Positions 29,201 through 38,128 of a stretch of DNA of 64,000 nt are shown in pieces; positions within the stretch are counted from its first letter, which is position 1; every line of letters starts with the position of its first letter. The DNA lies in the NCBI GenBank assembly GCA_965116905.1, contig OZ220732.1, forward strand, positions 416,001-480,000, in the 5' to 3' direction. The notes beneath the pieces were generated by a model. It was given only the letters and a program-made list of their open reading frames with translations, was not told the DNA's origin and did not search any database. Source of the stretch: Longimicrobiales bacterium (GTDB taxonomy: Bacteria > Gemmatimonadota > Gemmatimonadetes > Longimicrobiales > Gaopeijiaceae). The translations under genes and the position numbers were made by a program.

Positions 29201-31067
29201 TGTAGATCGACGAGTCGGCATGACCGCCCCCCTCCCGCAGCTCGAACAGCGAAACGTTGATGATGCGGAGCCCGCAGTTCTCCAGAACCGGCATGAAATC
29301 GGACAGAACGATCTGGTGCTCCCGGATATAGATCTTGAGCTCGCAACCGTCGACCGTCTCCGCGTTCTCGAAGAAGCGGACCGACTCCATGCGCCCGTCC
29401 ACCTTCATGGCCTCGATCTGGGCGATGTCCCGCACCGCCGCCGCCGCCTCGGTCGCGGCACGGTACTCCGGCGCAAACGCACCGGCGTAGTGGCGGGCCA
29501 TGCGACGGGCCTCGTCCGGGGGCCGCATCTCGCCCAGGAGGTCCCGCACCTCGTCCAGCCACGACCGCGTCAGGCTGGTCACGGTCGCCTTCAGATCGCG
29601 CCAGTCGATCTCCGCCAGCCGCTTCGGCGGACCGCCGAGGTAGAAGTGCAGCCGCGCCTGGTCCCCGGCGCTCAACGCCAGATGGTAGTTGAGTACCTCG
29701 ACCTTGTAGCGCTTCCCCAGCGACGCTTCGAATTCCCGCCGGAAGGCCCCCGAGAACCGCGTCCGGGGCATGACGACCATGATCGACACGCCGCGCCCCA
29801 GCGCATCGTGACGCACCGAGACGAAGATCTCGGCGGTGTTGTACCGGGTCAGGATCGTGCGGATATCCTTGGCGACCTCCTCCGCCGACGCCAGAAAGAG
29901 CTCCTCCTTGGGCAGCGACCCGAAGATCGTGATGATCTCCTTGTAGTCGTGCTGTCCCTCGGACACGCCCGCCTGTTCCAGCACCTCCTCGAGCTTCTGC
30001 CGGAGGATCGGAATGTCCTGCGCCGGCTCCGAATACGCCCGCGAGGTAAACAGCCCCAAAAAGCGGTGTTCGCCGGCGACCGAGCCGTCGGCGCGCAGCT
30101 TCTTGACGCCGATATAGTCCATCCTCGCGCGACGGTGAACGGTCGACTCGGCGTTGGTCTTGCTGATGATCAAGAGCGGCCCGGACAGCGCCCGCTCGCG
30201 CATCTGGTCGGACAGCGCGCTCATGGGCACGGGACGTGCGAATGCCGACGCCTGCTCTTCCTGCAGAATGCCCAGTCCCGACCCGACGTCGACCATCACG
30301 GCGTCCTCGCCACCCGGTTCATGCGGCCCGAAGGTGTAGGACCGGTAGCCGAGGAAGACGAAGCCCCCGTCGCGCAGCCACCTCAGGAACGCCTGGATCT
30401 CGCGGAACTCGTCGCGGCGGTCCCGCACGTCGCGCATCCGGAAGCCCAGCTCCGAGACGACATCGGCGATCTTGTCCACCATGAGGCCGAAGTCGTCCGT
30501 GGCCTTCACCACGTCCTCCAGCCGCCGGGCCGTCTCCGCGCGGAGAGACTCGCGGGCCTCCTCGTCCGCGACGCGGGCCAGTTCGACGTACACCACCGAT
30601 TCGGTGTTGTCGGGGGCGTCCGGCGCGTTCAGGTCCGTGATCCACCCGCCCTCGTCCCTTTCCACGGTCATCAGCGGGTAGACGAAGTGCGCGATCTGGA
30701 GGTCCTGCGCCGACAGAAACTCCCGGATCGTGTCCACGATGAACGGCCGCTCGGAAACGTTGGTCTGAAGGATCGTGACCGGCGCCTGCCAGCCGGCGTC
30801 CTCCAGGTCGGGGTTCAGGACCTCCACATCGACCCGGTCCGGACGGCTGCGATCCAGGAAGTCGAGCGACTCCACGCACATTCGGGCCAGGTCCTCCGGC
30901 TTCCGCTCCTCCAGAAGCTCCATCGTGGCCTTGCCGAGGAAGAAGGGAACGAACTTCCGGAGGAGTCGATAGCGATCGTCCTCCACCGAGTCCTTGAGGA
31001 ATTCGAGCACCGCTGCAATTGCCTGGGTGCTGGCCGGGGACGCGGAAGGATCGCCTGTCTGGGTCAT
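26175..31067 (-). CDS. gdhB: Large NAD-specific glutamate dehydrogenase (about 1600 aa)
   Basis: ARGGIRHSDR, VKNAVIVPSGSKGGF, YLVVAADKGTA, GIGDMSGDVFGNG, GEGGNLG, DNSGGV. Confidence 0.95.
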   Translation of the reverse strand: MTQTGDPSASPASTQAIAAVLEFLKDSVEDDRYRLLRKFVPFFLGKATMELLEERKPEDLARMCVESLDFLDRSRPDRVDVEVLNPDLEDAGWQAPVTILQTNVSERPFIVDTIREFLSAQDLQIAHFVYPLMTVERDEGGWITDLNAPDAPDNTESVVYVELARVADEEARESLRAETARRLEDVVKATDDFGLMVDKIADVVSELGFRMRDVRDRRDEFREIQAFLRWLRDGGFVFLGYRSYTFGPHEPGGEDAVMVDVGSGLGILQEEQASAFARPVPMSALSDQMRERALSGPLLIISKTNAESTVHRRARMDYIGVKKLRADGSVAGEHRFLGLFTSRAYSEPAQDIPILRQKLEEVLEQAGVSEGQHDYKEIITIFGSLPKEELFLASAEEVAKDIRTILTRYNTAEIFVSVRHDALGRGVSIMVVMPRTRFSGAFRREFEASLGKRYKVEVLNYHLALSAGDQARLHFYLGGPPKRLAEIDWRDLKATVTSLTRSWLDEVRDLLGEMRPPDEARRMARHYAGAFAPEYRAATEAAAAVRDIAQIEAMKVDGRMESVRFFENAETVDGCELKIYIREHQIVLSDFMPVLENCGLRIINVSLFELREGGGHADSSIYSFDVQTADGTRIDIEARGPVLSEAILAIRNGEATNDGFNRLIRPTGMAWREVEVLRAYAHYAFQIGAVPSRQVLRAALDSHPAIGLLLFRLFEARFDPDGAAGGGTDGRRAREVRHPRAPDLADRIAEELVGVSSLAHDRALRAFQKVIEATVRTNYYRTGGRAPTVRSGGVPYISFKFDSELLESVVRSRLKYEVWVRSSRMEGIHLRGASVARGGIRHSDRPDDFRTEVLGLVLTQMVKNAVIVPSGSKGGFVCLRSLPDRDAMAHEAREQYCTLMRGLLDITDNLNGESEPPDGVIRHDGFDPYLVVAADKGTAPFSDTANGVAADYGFWLDDAFASGGSNGYDHKKVGITAGGAWESVKRHFREMGRDIQEDAFTVAGIGDMSGDVFGNGMLLSRAIHLVAAFDHRHVFLDPSPDPESSFRERERLFRLGRSSWDDYDREKLSRGGMIVPRGVKSVDLNDEVRAVLGLEPDVATLDGESLIRAVLSAPVDLLWNGGIGTYVKATTESHADAGDASNDAVRIDVGDLRAKVVGEGGNLGFTQAARVEYALAGGRINTDALDNSGGVNLSDREVNLKILLNEALGAGLVTREERNELLHRLTDTVASLVLADNESGCQAVSLDEYRARRGMDHYWALMGHLSRTGLLDRDAEGLPSWDELTARQEANQSLTRPELSVLLAYAKLYLKSALLASDLPDDPSASGYFHEYFPGEALELVGLERAANHRLRREIVACQLTNDLVDLMGSVFIDRLMRETGRGAAEIARAWLVAARLTRHDSLLADIRSREGQVSAAVTYRWTMGLARVLERTTRWVLTNCDPEESTTALIEGSLNGLEALRGQFHDIVAGEDRANFETRVAALMPQAGDEAFVRNLVALRFLDHLLEILRLARTTGTNPVSAARVYYWVTEELRIPWLTGCIERVSGEGKWQQRWALGLINDLGAIRRNLTQDALGGSDALSGALGFDEDESQLARFHDILSEVEAEEPVSLAGLSVAIQQIRYLAWGR

Positions 31068-31188
31068 TCGTCGCGGATTCGCTCGGCGTGGACGGTGGCG
31101 GGACGTCATGGCAATCTCGGAAAACCCGACCGATGCCGCCAGACGTTACCTTAGAACGGTCGGCCTACCCGTACCCCGAGGCGGCGCA

Positions 31189-32457
31189 TTGCGTTTCATC
31201 CACATCGCCGATGTTCACCTCGACACCGCCTTCGCGGGCCGGTCGGAAGACGTGCGAAGCCGGCTGCGTAAGGCCGCCCGCGAAGCGTTTGCGAGGTGCG
31301 TCGATACCGCAGTGTCGGAAGGAGTTCACGCGGTTCTCATCGCGGGCGACCTCTTCGACGGGCCGCGTCTGTCGTTCGGCGACGAGGGTCTCCTGTTGCG
31401 GCAGCTCGGCGCCCTGGAACGCGCGGGCATCCAGGTGGTATTCGCAACCGGCAATCACGACCCGGGGAGCGGGCAGAGCGTGCGGGACCTGGCCTGGCCG
31501 GACAACGTCACGGTGATTGCCGACGGCGAACCGGTCACGGCAGCCATCGTGAACCGCGAGGGCGATCCGGTCGGGTACGTGACCGGCGCGGGGCACGCGA
31601 CCGCCCGCGAGACCGCAGACCTCGCCCGCCGCCTCAGGCCGCCCGCCACGACCACGAGCCGGCTGCCCCGGGTGGCCTTGCTCCACACCCAGGTCACGTC
31701 CGCCAGCGGCAGCGAGCTTCACCAGCCCTACGCGCCGTCCAACCTGGAATTCCTGCGCGGCGCGGGCTTCGACTACTGGGCGCTCGGACACGTCCACCAG
31801 CGTCAGGAGCTCTCGACCGATCCGCCCGTCCACTACCCCGGCAACCTTCAGGGCCGCAACCCCCGCGAGACGGGGGCCAAGGGCGGCCTGCTCGTCGATC
31901 TTCACGACCCTGGGCATCCGGAGGTGGAATTCAGGGAGTTCACGCGCGTGCGCTGGGAGAAGCTCGCCCTCGCGGGACCCGAGGGAGCGCGCACGATGGA
32001 CGCGCTCGTGGAGCTGGTCGTCGATTCGTGGGACCGCGCCCGATCGGCGGATCCCGGGAGTGAAGCGACCGAGTGGGTCGTGACCGTCGACCTGTCGGGT
32101 CCGTCCCCCGTCTGGCGCAAGCTGCGCGAACGGGACGAACTGGAGGCCTTGGAACAGGAGTGCGCGGACTGCATCGGCGCGATGTCGGTGCGGATCCGGG
32201 CCGGAGGGACGCACGCGGTGGTACGGCTTGCGGACCACGTCGACCGGCAGGACGCGCTGGGCGCCTCGCTCCGCCTGTGCCATCGGGTGGCGGCGGGCGA
32301 CGACCGCCTGGGCCTCACGGAGGCCGACCTCGCCGGCTTCGACCGGGAGCGCCACGGGTCTCTCGAGGCGTACCTGCAGCGGGTGCTCGACGGAGCGGAC
32401 GCCGAGATCATGGCGAGGATGCTCACCGGCACCGCCGCCGGCGGGGGTGCGCCATGA
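31189..32457 (+). CDS. Mre11/SbcD-like metallophosphoesterase DNA repair exonuclease (YhaO-like)
   Basis: ADVHLD, AGDLFD, GNHD, YWALGHVH, YPGNLQGR. Start TTG 31189, or ATG 31108. Confidence 0.9.
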   Translation: MRFIHIADVHLDTAFAGRSEDVRSRLRKAAREAFARCVDTAVSEGVHAVLIAGDLFDGPRLSFGDEGLLLRQLGALERAGIQVVFATGNHDPGSGQSVRDLAWPDNVTVIADGEPVTAAIVNREGDPVGYVTGAGHATARETADLARRLRPPATTTSRLPRVALLHTQVTSASGSELHQPYAPSNLEFLRGAGFDYWALGHVHQRQELSTDPPVHYPGNLQGRNPRETGAKGGLLVDLHDPGHPEVEFREFTRVRWEKLALAGPEGARTMDALVELVVDSWDRARSADPGSEATEWVVTVDLSGPSPVWRKLRERDELEALEQECADCIGAMSVRIRAGGTHAVVRLADHVDRQDALGASLRLCHRVAAGDDRLGLTEADLAGFDRERHGSLEAYLQRVLDGADAEIMARMLTGTAAGGGAP

Positions 32458-34949
32458 GATTCGAGTCGATCGAGGCCGTACGCTATGGCTGCCTGGCGAA
32501 CCTCTCCACCGGCGATGACCCGCTCCCCAACATTGTGGTCGTGCTCGGCCCCAATGAGAGCGGAAAGTCAACTTTATTTGACTTAATGTCAACTTTAGTT
32601 TACGGATTTCGCCCTGCCACCCGCGCCAGGCACCCATTTACTCCGTGGGCCGGGGGAGATCCCGAGGGCCGGGCCCGGATCCGTCTCGACCGCGGCGGCG
32701 ACGACTCCGTGATCGAGATCCACCGGCGCCTCCGGTCGCAGGCGTGGGGCAGACTGCACACCGGCGAACGGGTGGACGATATCCGCAACCAGCCCCTGCC
32801 CGCCGCGAGTCACGTAACCCGGGTGGTGTTCCGGCAGGTGTACGCCCTTACCCTCGCCGAGCTCGCAGGTCTCGAGGGCGAGAGCTGGGACCTGGTGCAG
32901 GATCGGCTGGTGGGTGCGATGGCCGCGCCGGATCTGGCCTCCGCACGGGCCGTGGCGGCAGACCTGGAGGACGAGGCGAAACGGCTGTGGCGCCCCGACC
33001 GGCGCGGCCGCCCCCGCGTGCGCGTGCTGGCGGGCGAGCTGACCGCGTTGAACGAACGCAAGCGCGAGGCGCTCTACCGGGACCGATTGGTGCGCGAGAA
33101 GGTGGCGGAGAGGGCCGAAGCCGAGGCCGGGCTTCAGGCGCTGCGCGCGGAGAGATCCCGCGAGCAGGAGCGTCACGGCGCCATCGAGCACCGCCTCAAC
33201 CGGCTGCTGCCCGTGCGGCGGACGCTGACGCGGATCGAGGAACTTCGTGCCGAAGCGGGAGGCGGCGGCCATGTGGAAGCGCTTCCGAACGATCCCGCCG
33301 CGAGGCTGGACGAGCTGCGCGAGGAAGCGCGGGCCGCGAAGGACCGGGTGGCCGTGCTCGAAGGGAGGTTGGGCGAAACGGCCGCCGCCGGGGCGGAAGG
33401 CGAGCGCCTCGACGCGCGTTGCGAGGAGCACGCCGAATCGCTGTTCGCGGAGCCACTCGACGATGTGGGCCGCGAGGCGCTCGCCGCGGTCTCCATGGAG
33501 GCGCTCCGCGATGCCGTGCGGACGTACACGGCCGCGTGCGAGGAGCGCCGCGTCGCGGAGGAGGGTCTCCTGCGCGGCGGGCACGCCGGTCTACCGGGGG
33601 CGCTGAAGCCCGGCAGGGGCCGCCTGGCCGCCGGGGTTCTGCTGATCCTGGCGGGGGTCGCCATCGCAGCCCTGACGACGCCGCAGGTCGGCGTCCAGCT
33701 CCCACTCGGCAATGCCGTCGCGCTCCGCGTAGGCGCCGTCGCCGCGATCGCGGGATTCATCCTCATGATTCTGTGGTGGGATGCGAATCGACGGGCGCGG
33801 CGGTACAGCAAGGCCTCCAGCGCCGAAAAGGGGCGCCTGTCCGGAGAGGTGGCGCAGCTCCGGGAGGCCGAGGAGGCCGCGCGCGCCGACGCCGTGAGCC
33901 CGCTTGCCGGGCTGCCCGTCCGCAACGCCATTCTCGCGGCTCCCGACATGGATCTTCCGGCCCGGATCGAGCGCATGCTGGAGCTGCTGGCCACGCGGGA
34001 CGAGCGCACCGACGCCGCGCGCCGCGACCTGGAGCGAGTGGAGGACGACCTGGCGGCCGCCCGGCGGGACCACGAGGCGGCGGCCGGCAGCCTGCGCGCA
34101 CTCGAGGCGAGGCTGGCGGAACTCGGCGGCGGCGACGCAGAGCGGGGGGCGGCGCTGGCGGGCGCGCGGACGGACGCCGCCCGGAGGGCCGACCAGATGC
34201 AGGCCGAGCTGGAACGGGAGTGGCCCGAACTGGACCGGATCGTGGCCGATATCCGCCAGGCGGACGCCGCCGGCACGGCCTGGGAGTCGCTGGCCGGGTC
34301 CCTGCGTGACGCGTCCGGGCGGCTCGACGCGCTCGCCACAGAGGGCGAGGAGCTGCGCAGCACGATCGCGACGCTCGACACCGAGATCCGCCACTTGCAG
34401 GAGGGTGAGACTCCCGACCGCGTCGAGGGGCGCATCGAGGCGGTCAAGGAGCAGATCCGCGAGGCGAAGGAGGCCCGGGACCGGTCGTTCGTGCTCGCGA
34501 GAATCGTCCGCGAGGCCGATCGCCGCTTCCGGGACGAGCACCAGCCCGACCTCCTGCGCCGGGCCGCGGACCACCTCCGGCACATCACGGCCGGCCGTTA
34601 CGAGCACATCGAGATGGGCGAGACGGGTGACGATTCCTTCCAGCTGACCGGCCCCGCCGCGCCGACGCCCAGGAAGGTGGGCCCGGCGCTCTCCCAGGGT
34701 ACCCGGGAGCAGGTGTACCTGGCGCTGCGGCTGGCGATCATCGATCACCTCGACGCCGGCGAAGAGCGCCTCCCGCTCTTCATGGACGAGACCCTGGTCA
34801 ACTGGGACGCCTGGCGTCGCGACCGCGCCTTCGGACTCCTGGAGCGCATGGCCGAACGGCGCCAGGTGTTCGTCTTCACCTGCCACCCGGCCATGGCCGC
34901 CGAACTGGAAGACCGGGGCGGCCGGATCGTCACGCTGGGAGACCCGTAG
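32454..34949 (+). CDS. Rad50/SbcC-like ATPase with coiled coil and two internal hydrophobic helices (YhaN-like)
   Basis: Walker A GPNESGKST, signature LSQGTREQVYLALRL, Walker B FMDETLVNWD, FTCH; ATGA overlap with the nuclease gene. Confidence 0.88.
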   Translation: MRFESIEAVRYGCLANLSTGDDPLPNIVVVLGPNESGKSTLFDLMSTLVYGFRPATRARHPFTPWAGGDPEGRARIRLDRGGDDSVIEIHRRLRSQAWGRLHTGERVDDIRNQPLPAASHVTRVVFRQVYALTLAELAGLEGESWDLVQDRLVGAMAAPDLASARAVAADLEDEAKRLWRPDRRGRPRVRVLAGELTALNERKREALYRDRLVREKVAERAEAEAGLQALRAERSREQERHGAIEHRLNRLLPVRRTLTRIEELRAEAGGGGHVEALPNDPAARLDELREEARAAKDRVAVLEGRLGETAAAGAEGERLDARCEEHAESLFAEPLDDVGREALAAVSMEALRDAVRTYTAACEERRVAEEGLLRGGHAGLPGALKPGRGRLAAGVLLILAGVAIAALTTPQVGVQLPLGNAVALRVGAVAAIAGFILMILWWDANRRARRYSKASSAEKGRLSGEVAQLREAEEAARADAVSPLAGLPVRNAILAAPDMDLPARIERMLELLATRDERTDAARRDLERVEDDLAAARRDHEAAAGSLRALEARLAELGGGDAERGAALAGARTDAARRADQMQAELEREWPELDRIVADIRQADAAGTAWESLAGSLRDASGRLDALATEGEELRSTIATLDTEIRHLQEGETPDRVEGRIEAVKEQIREAKEARDRSFVLARIVREADRRFRDEHQPDLLRRAADHLRHITAGRYEHIEMGETGDDSFQLTGPAAPTPRKVGPALSQGTREQVYLALRLAIIDHLDAGEERLPLFMDETLVNWDAWRRDRAFGLLERMAERRQVFVFTCHPAMAAELEDRGGRIVTLGDP

Positions 34950-34958
34950 CCCCCCTCG

Positions 34959-35045
34959 GCCGGCGCGGCGCCGGGAGACCGGCGGCCCCACGAAGCCGGC
35001 GCGGCCCCGGAAGACCGGCGGCCCCACCCGGTTGGCGCGGCACCG
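34959..35045. repeat. 36-bp imperfect tandem repeat (about 2.4 copies), intergenic
   Basis: GCCGGCGCGGCGCCGGGAGACCGGCGGCCCCACGAA / GCCGGCGCGGCCCCGGAAGACCGGCGGCCCCACCCG / partial third copy. Confidence 0.8.
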
Positions 35046-35066
35046 CCCGCCGGGGTATGGTGCCGC

Positions 35067-36491
35067 ATGAAATCTCCGATGCGCGTGCTGCTCATCCTCG
35101 GCCTCCTCGAAGTGGCGGCGCTGGCGGCCTTCGGATGGCTGACGGGCGCCGCGCTGCCCCTGCCCCGCCTCCTTTTTCCCGCGGCCGCCCTGCTCTGTTA
35201 CGGCGCGGCCGGGGTCGCCGCGACCAGACGGCCGCTCTCCATCCCCCTCATCTGGGGTATCGGGACGCTTGCCCGGCTGGTCCTTCTGCCCCTGGCGCCG
35301 GAGCTGTCCGACGACATCCACCGCTATCTCTGGGACGGCCATGTGCTCGGCGAGGGCCTCAACCCCTACGGACACGAGCCCGCGCACGAGGCCTACGCGC
35401 CGATCCGCACGCCCTGGCACGACAGGATCAACCACCCCGGGATCCCGACCATCTATCCGCCCCTGGCGCAACTTCTGTTCGGAGCGGTCGGGGCGCTCGG
35501 CGGCACGATCCTGAGCGCCAAGCTGGCGTGGCTGTGCCTCGATCTCGGGTGCGGGTTCCTGCTGTCCCGGATCGCCAGCCGCACGGGCCGCAACCCGGGT
35601 GCCGTCCTGGTGTGGTACCTGTGGTCGCCGCTGCTGATCGTGGAGACGGCCTGGAGCGCGCACTTCGATGCGGCCGGGCTCTTCATCCTGGCGGCGCTCA
35701 TCTGGGTCGCTTCCGGCCGCAGGAATCGCCCGGGCGGGACAAGTCGCGGGCGCCGCGCGAGCCACCGGCGCACGCGCTCCGTCCGGGCCGCCACGCTCGG
35801 GTCGCTGCTCGGCCTGGCCGCGCTGACCAAGCTCGCTCCCGCCGCCGCCCTGCCACCCCTCGTCCGCCGCCACGGCCCCGCCGTGGCCCTCGCCTTCGCC
35901 GCGGTCTGCGCCGTCCTCTACCTGCCCTTCGCCGGCGTCGGCCTCGGGGCCCTGACCCAGGGGCTGCGCACCTATGCCGAGCACTGGACGGCCAACCAGG
36001 GCGCCTTCACGCTCATCGCGCAGCTCTTCCTCGACCCCTTCCACGCCCGCGCCGCGGCCGCCGTTCCCGTGCTGGCGGTCATCGCGTATGCGACGTGGCG
36101 GCGCTTCGCCGTCGAGCGCGCGCTCCTGTGGATCATGGGGGCCGGGCTGCTCTTCACACCCACGTTCCACCCGTGGTATGCACTCTGGGTGCTTCCGATG
36201 GCCGCGCTCCGCGGGAGTGCGCCGTTCCTCCTGCTGAGCGGCCTCGCGTTTCTCGGCTACTGGGGGCTGGCGGCGTACCAGCTGACCGGCGTCTGGCCGG
36301 AGCCCGCGTGGACCCGCGTGGTCATGTGGGTTCCGGTGTGGGCCCTGCTCCTGGCGTCCGCCGCAGGCCTGATCGGCGGTGCCCGGGGCCGTGGCGCCAT
36401 GGGTTCGCGGGACTCACAAATGTCTCTTTTGGCCGGCGTTGAGCCCCAACGCCAGGTATCCCGAGGCGAAGAGCGCGACGAAGGGCAGTGA
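35067..36491 (+). CDS. GT-C fold membrane glycosyltransferase (GT87/DUF2029-like)
   Basis: LSDDIHRYLWDG, NPY, PTIYPPLAQ, WSPL...E...HFD, HPWY; polytopic membrane protein. Confidence 0.82.
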   Translation: MKSPMRVLLILGLLEVAALAAFGWLTGAALPLPRLLFPAAALLCYGAAGVAATRRPLSIPLIWGIGTLARLVLLPLAPELSDDIHRYLWDGHVLGEGLNPYGHEPAHEAYAPIRTPWHDRINHPGIPTIYPPLAQLLFGAVGALGGTILSAKLAWLCLDLGCGFLLSRIASRTGRNPGAVLVWYLWSPLLIVETAWSAHFDAAGLFILAALIWVASGRRNRPGGTSRGRRASHRRTRSVRAATLGSLLGLAALTKLAPAAALPPLVRRHGPAVALAFAAVCAVLYLPFAGVGLGALTQGLRTYAEHWTANQGAFTLIAQLFLDPFHARAAAAVPVLAVIAYATWRRFAVERALLWIMGAGLLFTPTFHPWYALWVLPMAALRGSAPFLLLSGLAFLGYWGLAAYQLTGVWPEPAWTRVVMWVPVWALLLASAAGLIGGARGRGAMGSRDSQMSLLAGVEPQRQVSRGEERDEGQ

Positions 36492-37931
36492 CGCCCAGTA
36501 CCCCTGTGCGATCGCGACGGTGCCCGACAGGACCATCAGCGACCCCGCGGCGACCGCGAGCGCCTGTCCGCTGAACGCGCCCCGGGACCCCTCGTAGCTG
36601 GAACGGCGCGCGGCTCCAGCCTTCGGCGTCCGCTCGAACGGGTCGCGGAACCGGCCAAGCCCACGCACGACCGCCCGGCTGAGGAGTACGGACATGCCGG
36701 CACCGAGCGTGAGCGTGCCCGCCGCGCCCCTGATCGCGTGTCCCCAGCGTCGGCCGCGCTTCCGTGCCGCGGTCAGGTAGAAGAGCACGAACGGGCCCGT
36801 GGCACTGCCGAACACGGCCAGATCGAGCCACCAGAGACGGTCGGCGCCCAGCGCGCTCCGGGCGATCGCGGAGGGGACGATGAGCAGCGCGAGGACGAAG
36901 GTGAGCGGATGCGCCAGGTGGCCGCTCAGGTGCAGGAGGGCCTCGAGCTTCACGCCGGGGCGGAACCGGCCTCGGAGCAGTCCCGGGAGCACCTTGCGCG
37001 CGGTCTGGACGCCACCCTGGGCCCACCGCCGCTGCTGCACCAGAAGCGACGCCGCGGTGCCGGGAAGCTCGGCCGGGACGCCGATGTCGTCGCGGAGCAC
37101 GAACCGCCACCCCGCCATCTGTGCCCGGTAGCTGATGTCGAGGTCTTCGGTGAGGGTGTCGTGTTGCCAGCCGCCCGCGTCCACCAGCGCCTGCTTGCGC
37201 CACAGCCCCGCCGTGCCGTTGAAGTTGAAGAAGCGGCCGCCGAGGTAGCGTCCCCGCTGCTCGACGAGGAAGTGGCCGTCCAGGAGCAGGGCCTGGGCCC
37301 GGGTCAGCCACGAGTCGCGCTCGTTGATGTGGTCCCAGCGGGCCTGCACCATGCCGACGCCGGGGTCCCGCATCGTGGGAAGCAACGACTCCAGCAGGCA
37401 CGGCGCGGGCACGAAATCGGCGTCCAGGATAAGGATGAAGTCCCCTGTGGCTTCCTCCAGGCCGGCCGCCAGCGCGCCCGCCTTGTACCCCGTCCGCACG
37501 GAACGGTGGATGACGCCGACCTCTACGCCCCGGCGACGCCACTTGCGGGCGCATCGCCTGGCCAGGGCCGTGGTTTCGTCCGTGGAGTCGTCGAGCACCT
37601 GGATCTGCAGAAGCCCGGCCGGATGCCTCAGCCGGCACGCCGCGTCGATCAGGCGCTCCACGACGTGCTTTTCGTTGAAGACGGGCAGCTGCACGGTCAC
37701 CCTGGCCGCCGCCACAGGAGCCGCCGCCGCGGGAGAATACGTATTTTGTGTAAAATACATATTATGTGCGCCGACCCCGTCCACACCGACCCCGTCCACG
37801 CCGACGCCGTCCTCCCCACTCCTTGTCCGCGACTGGAACAGGAGCACCATGCGGTGCGCGGCGAAGGGGAGGAGAAGCGCCAGGACGCCTGCGTACAGTG
37901 ACACCGCGACGACACTGAGCAGATCGATCAT
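36414..37931 (-). CDS. Family 2 processive glycosyltransferase (cellulose synthase-like)
   Basis: VTVQLPVFNE, LDDSTD, KAGAL, DADF, TEDLD, QQRRW (D,D,D,QxxRW), FERTPK. Confidence 0.92.
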   Translation of the reverse strand: MIDLLSVVAVSLYAGVLALLLPFAAHRMVLLFQSRTRSGEDGVGVDGVGVDGVGAHNMYFTQNTYSPAAAAPVAAARVTVQLPVFNEKHVVERLIDAACRLRHPAGLLQIQVLDDSTDETTALARRCARKWRRRGVEVGVIHRSVRTGYKAGALAAGLEEATGDFILILDADFVPAPCLLESLLPTMRDPGVGMVQARWDHINERDSWLTRAQALLLDGHFLVEQRGRYLGGRFFNFNGTAGLWRKQALVDAGGWQHDTLTEDLDISYRAQMAGWRFVLRDDIGVPAELPGTAASLLVQQRRWAQGGVQTARKVLPGLLRGRFRPGVKLEALLHLSGHLAHPLTFVLALLIVPSAIARSALGADRLWWLDLAVFGSATGPFVLFYLTAARKRGRRWGHAIRGAAGTLTLGAGMSVLLSRAVVRGLGRFRDPFERTPKAGAARRSSYEGSRGAFSGQALAVAAGSLMVLSGTVAIAQGYWASLPFVALFASGYLALGLNAGQKRHL

Positions 37932-38128
37932 TCAGGCGGGTCCGTGGGATTCGGTTCGAAGCCCCGGCACTGCAACACCGGGAGCGGAGGGTACTTGCGG
38001 AAGGTATCGTCGTGGCGGTGGCGCCCACAGAGGTAGAAGCGCGAGCCGCGGCCCGAAACGATCCGCCGCATCCAGGCGCACCCGAGGCAGAGGCCGACGC
38101 GGTCCGGGTCAGTCGTCCCCGAGGTCAT
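37928..38128 (-). CDS. Small four-Cys hypothetical protein (66 aa)
   Basis: VGLCLGC...FYLC...KYPPLPVLQCRGF; overlaps both neighbours, including an ATGA junction with the GT2 gene. Confidence 0.65.
   Translation of the reverse strand: MTSGTTDPDRVGLCLGCAWMRRIVSGRGSRFYLCGRHRHDDTFRKYPPLPVLQCRGFEPNPTDPPE

Noticed and set aside
34959..35045. 36-bp repeats as a CRISPR array
   Set aside because: The units are directly adjacent with no unique spacers, and no cas genes are present.
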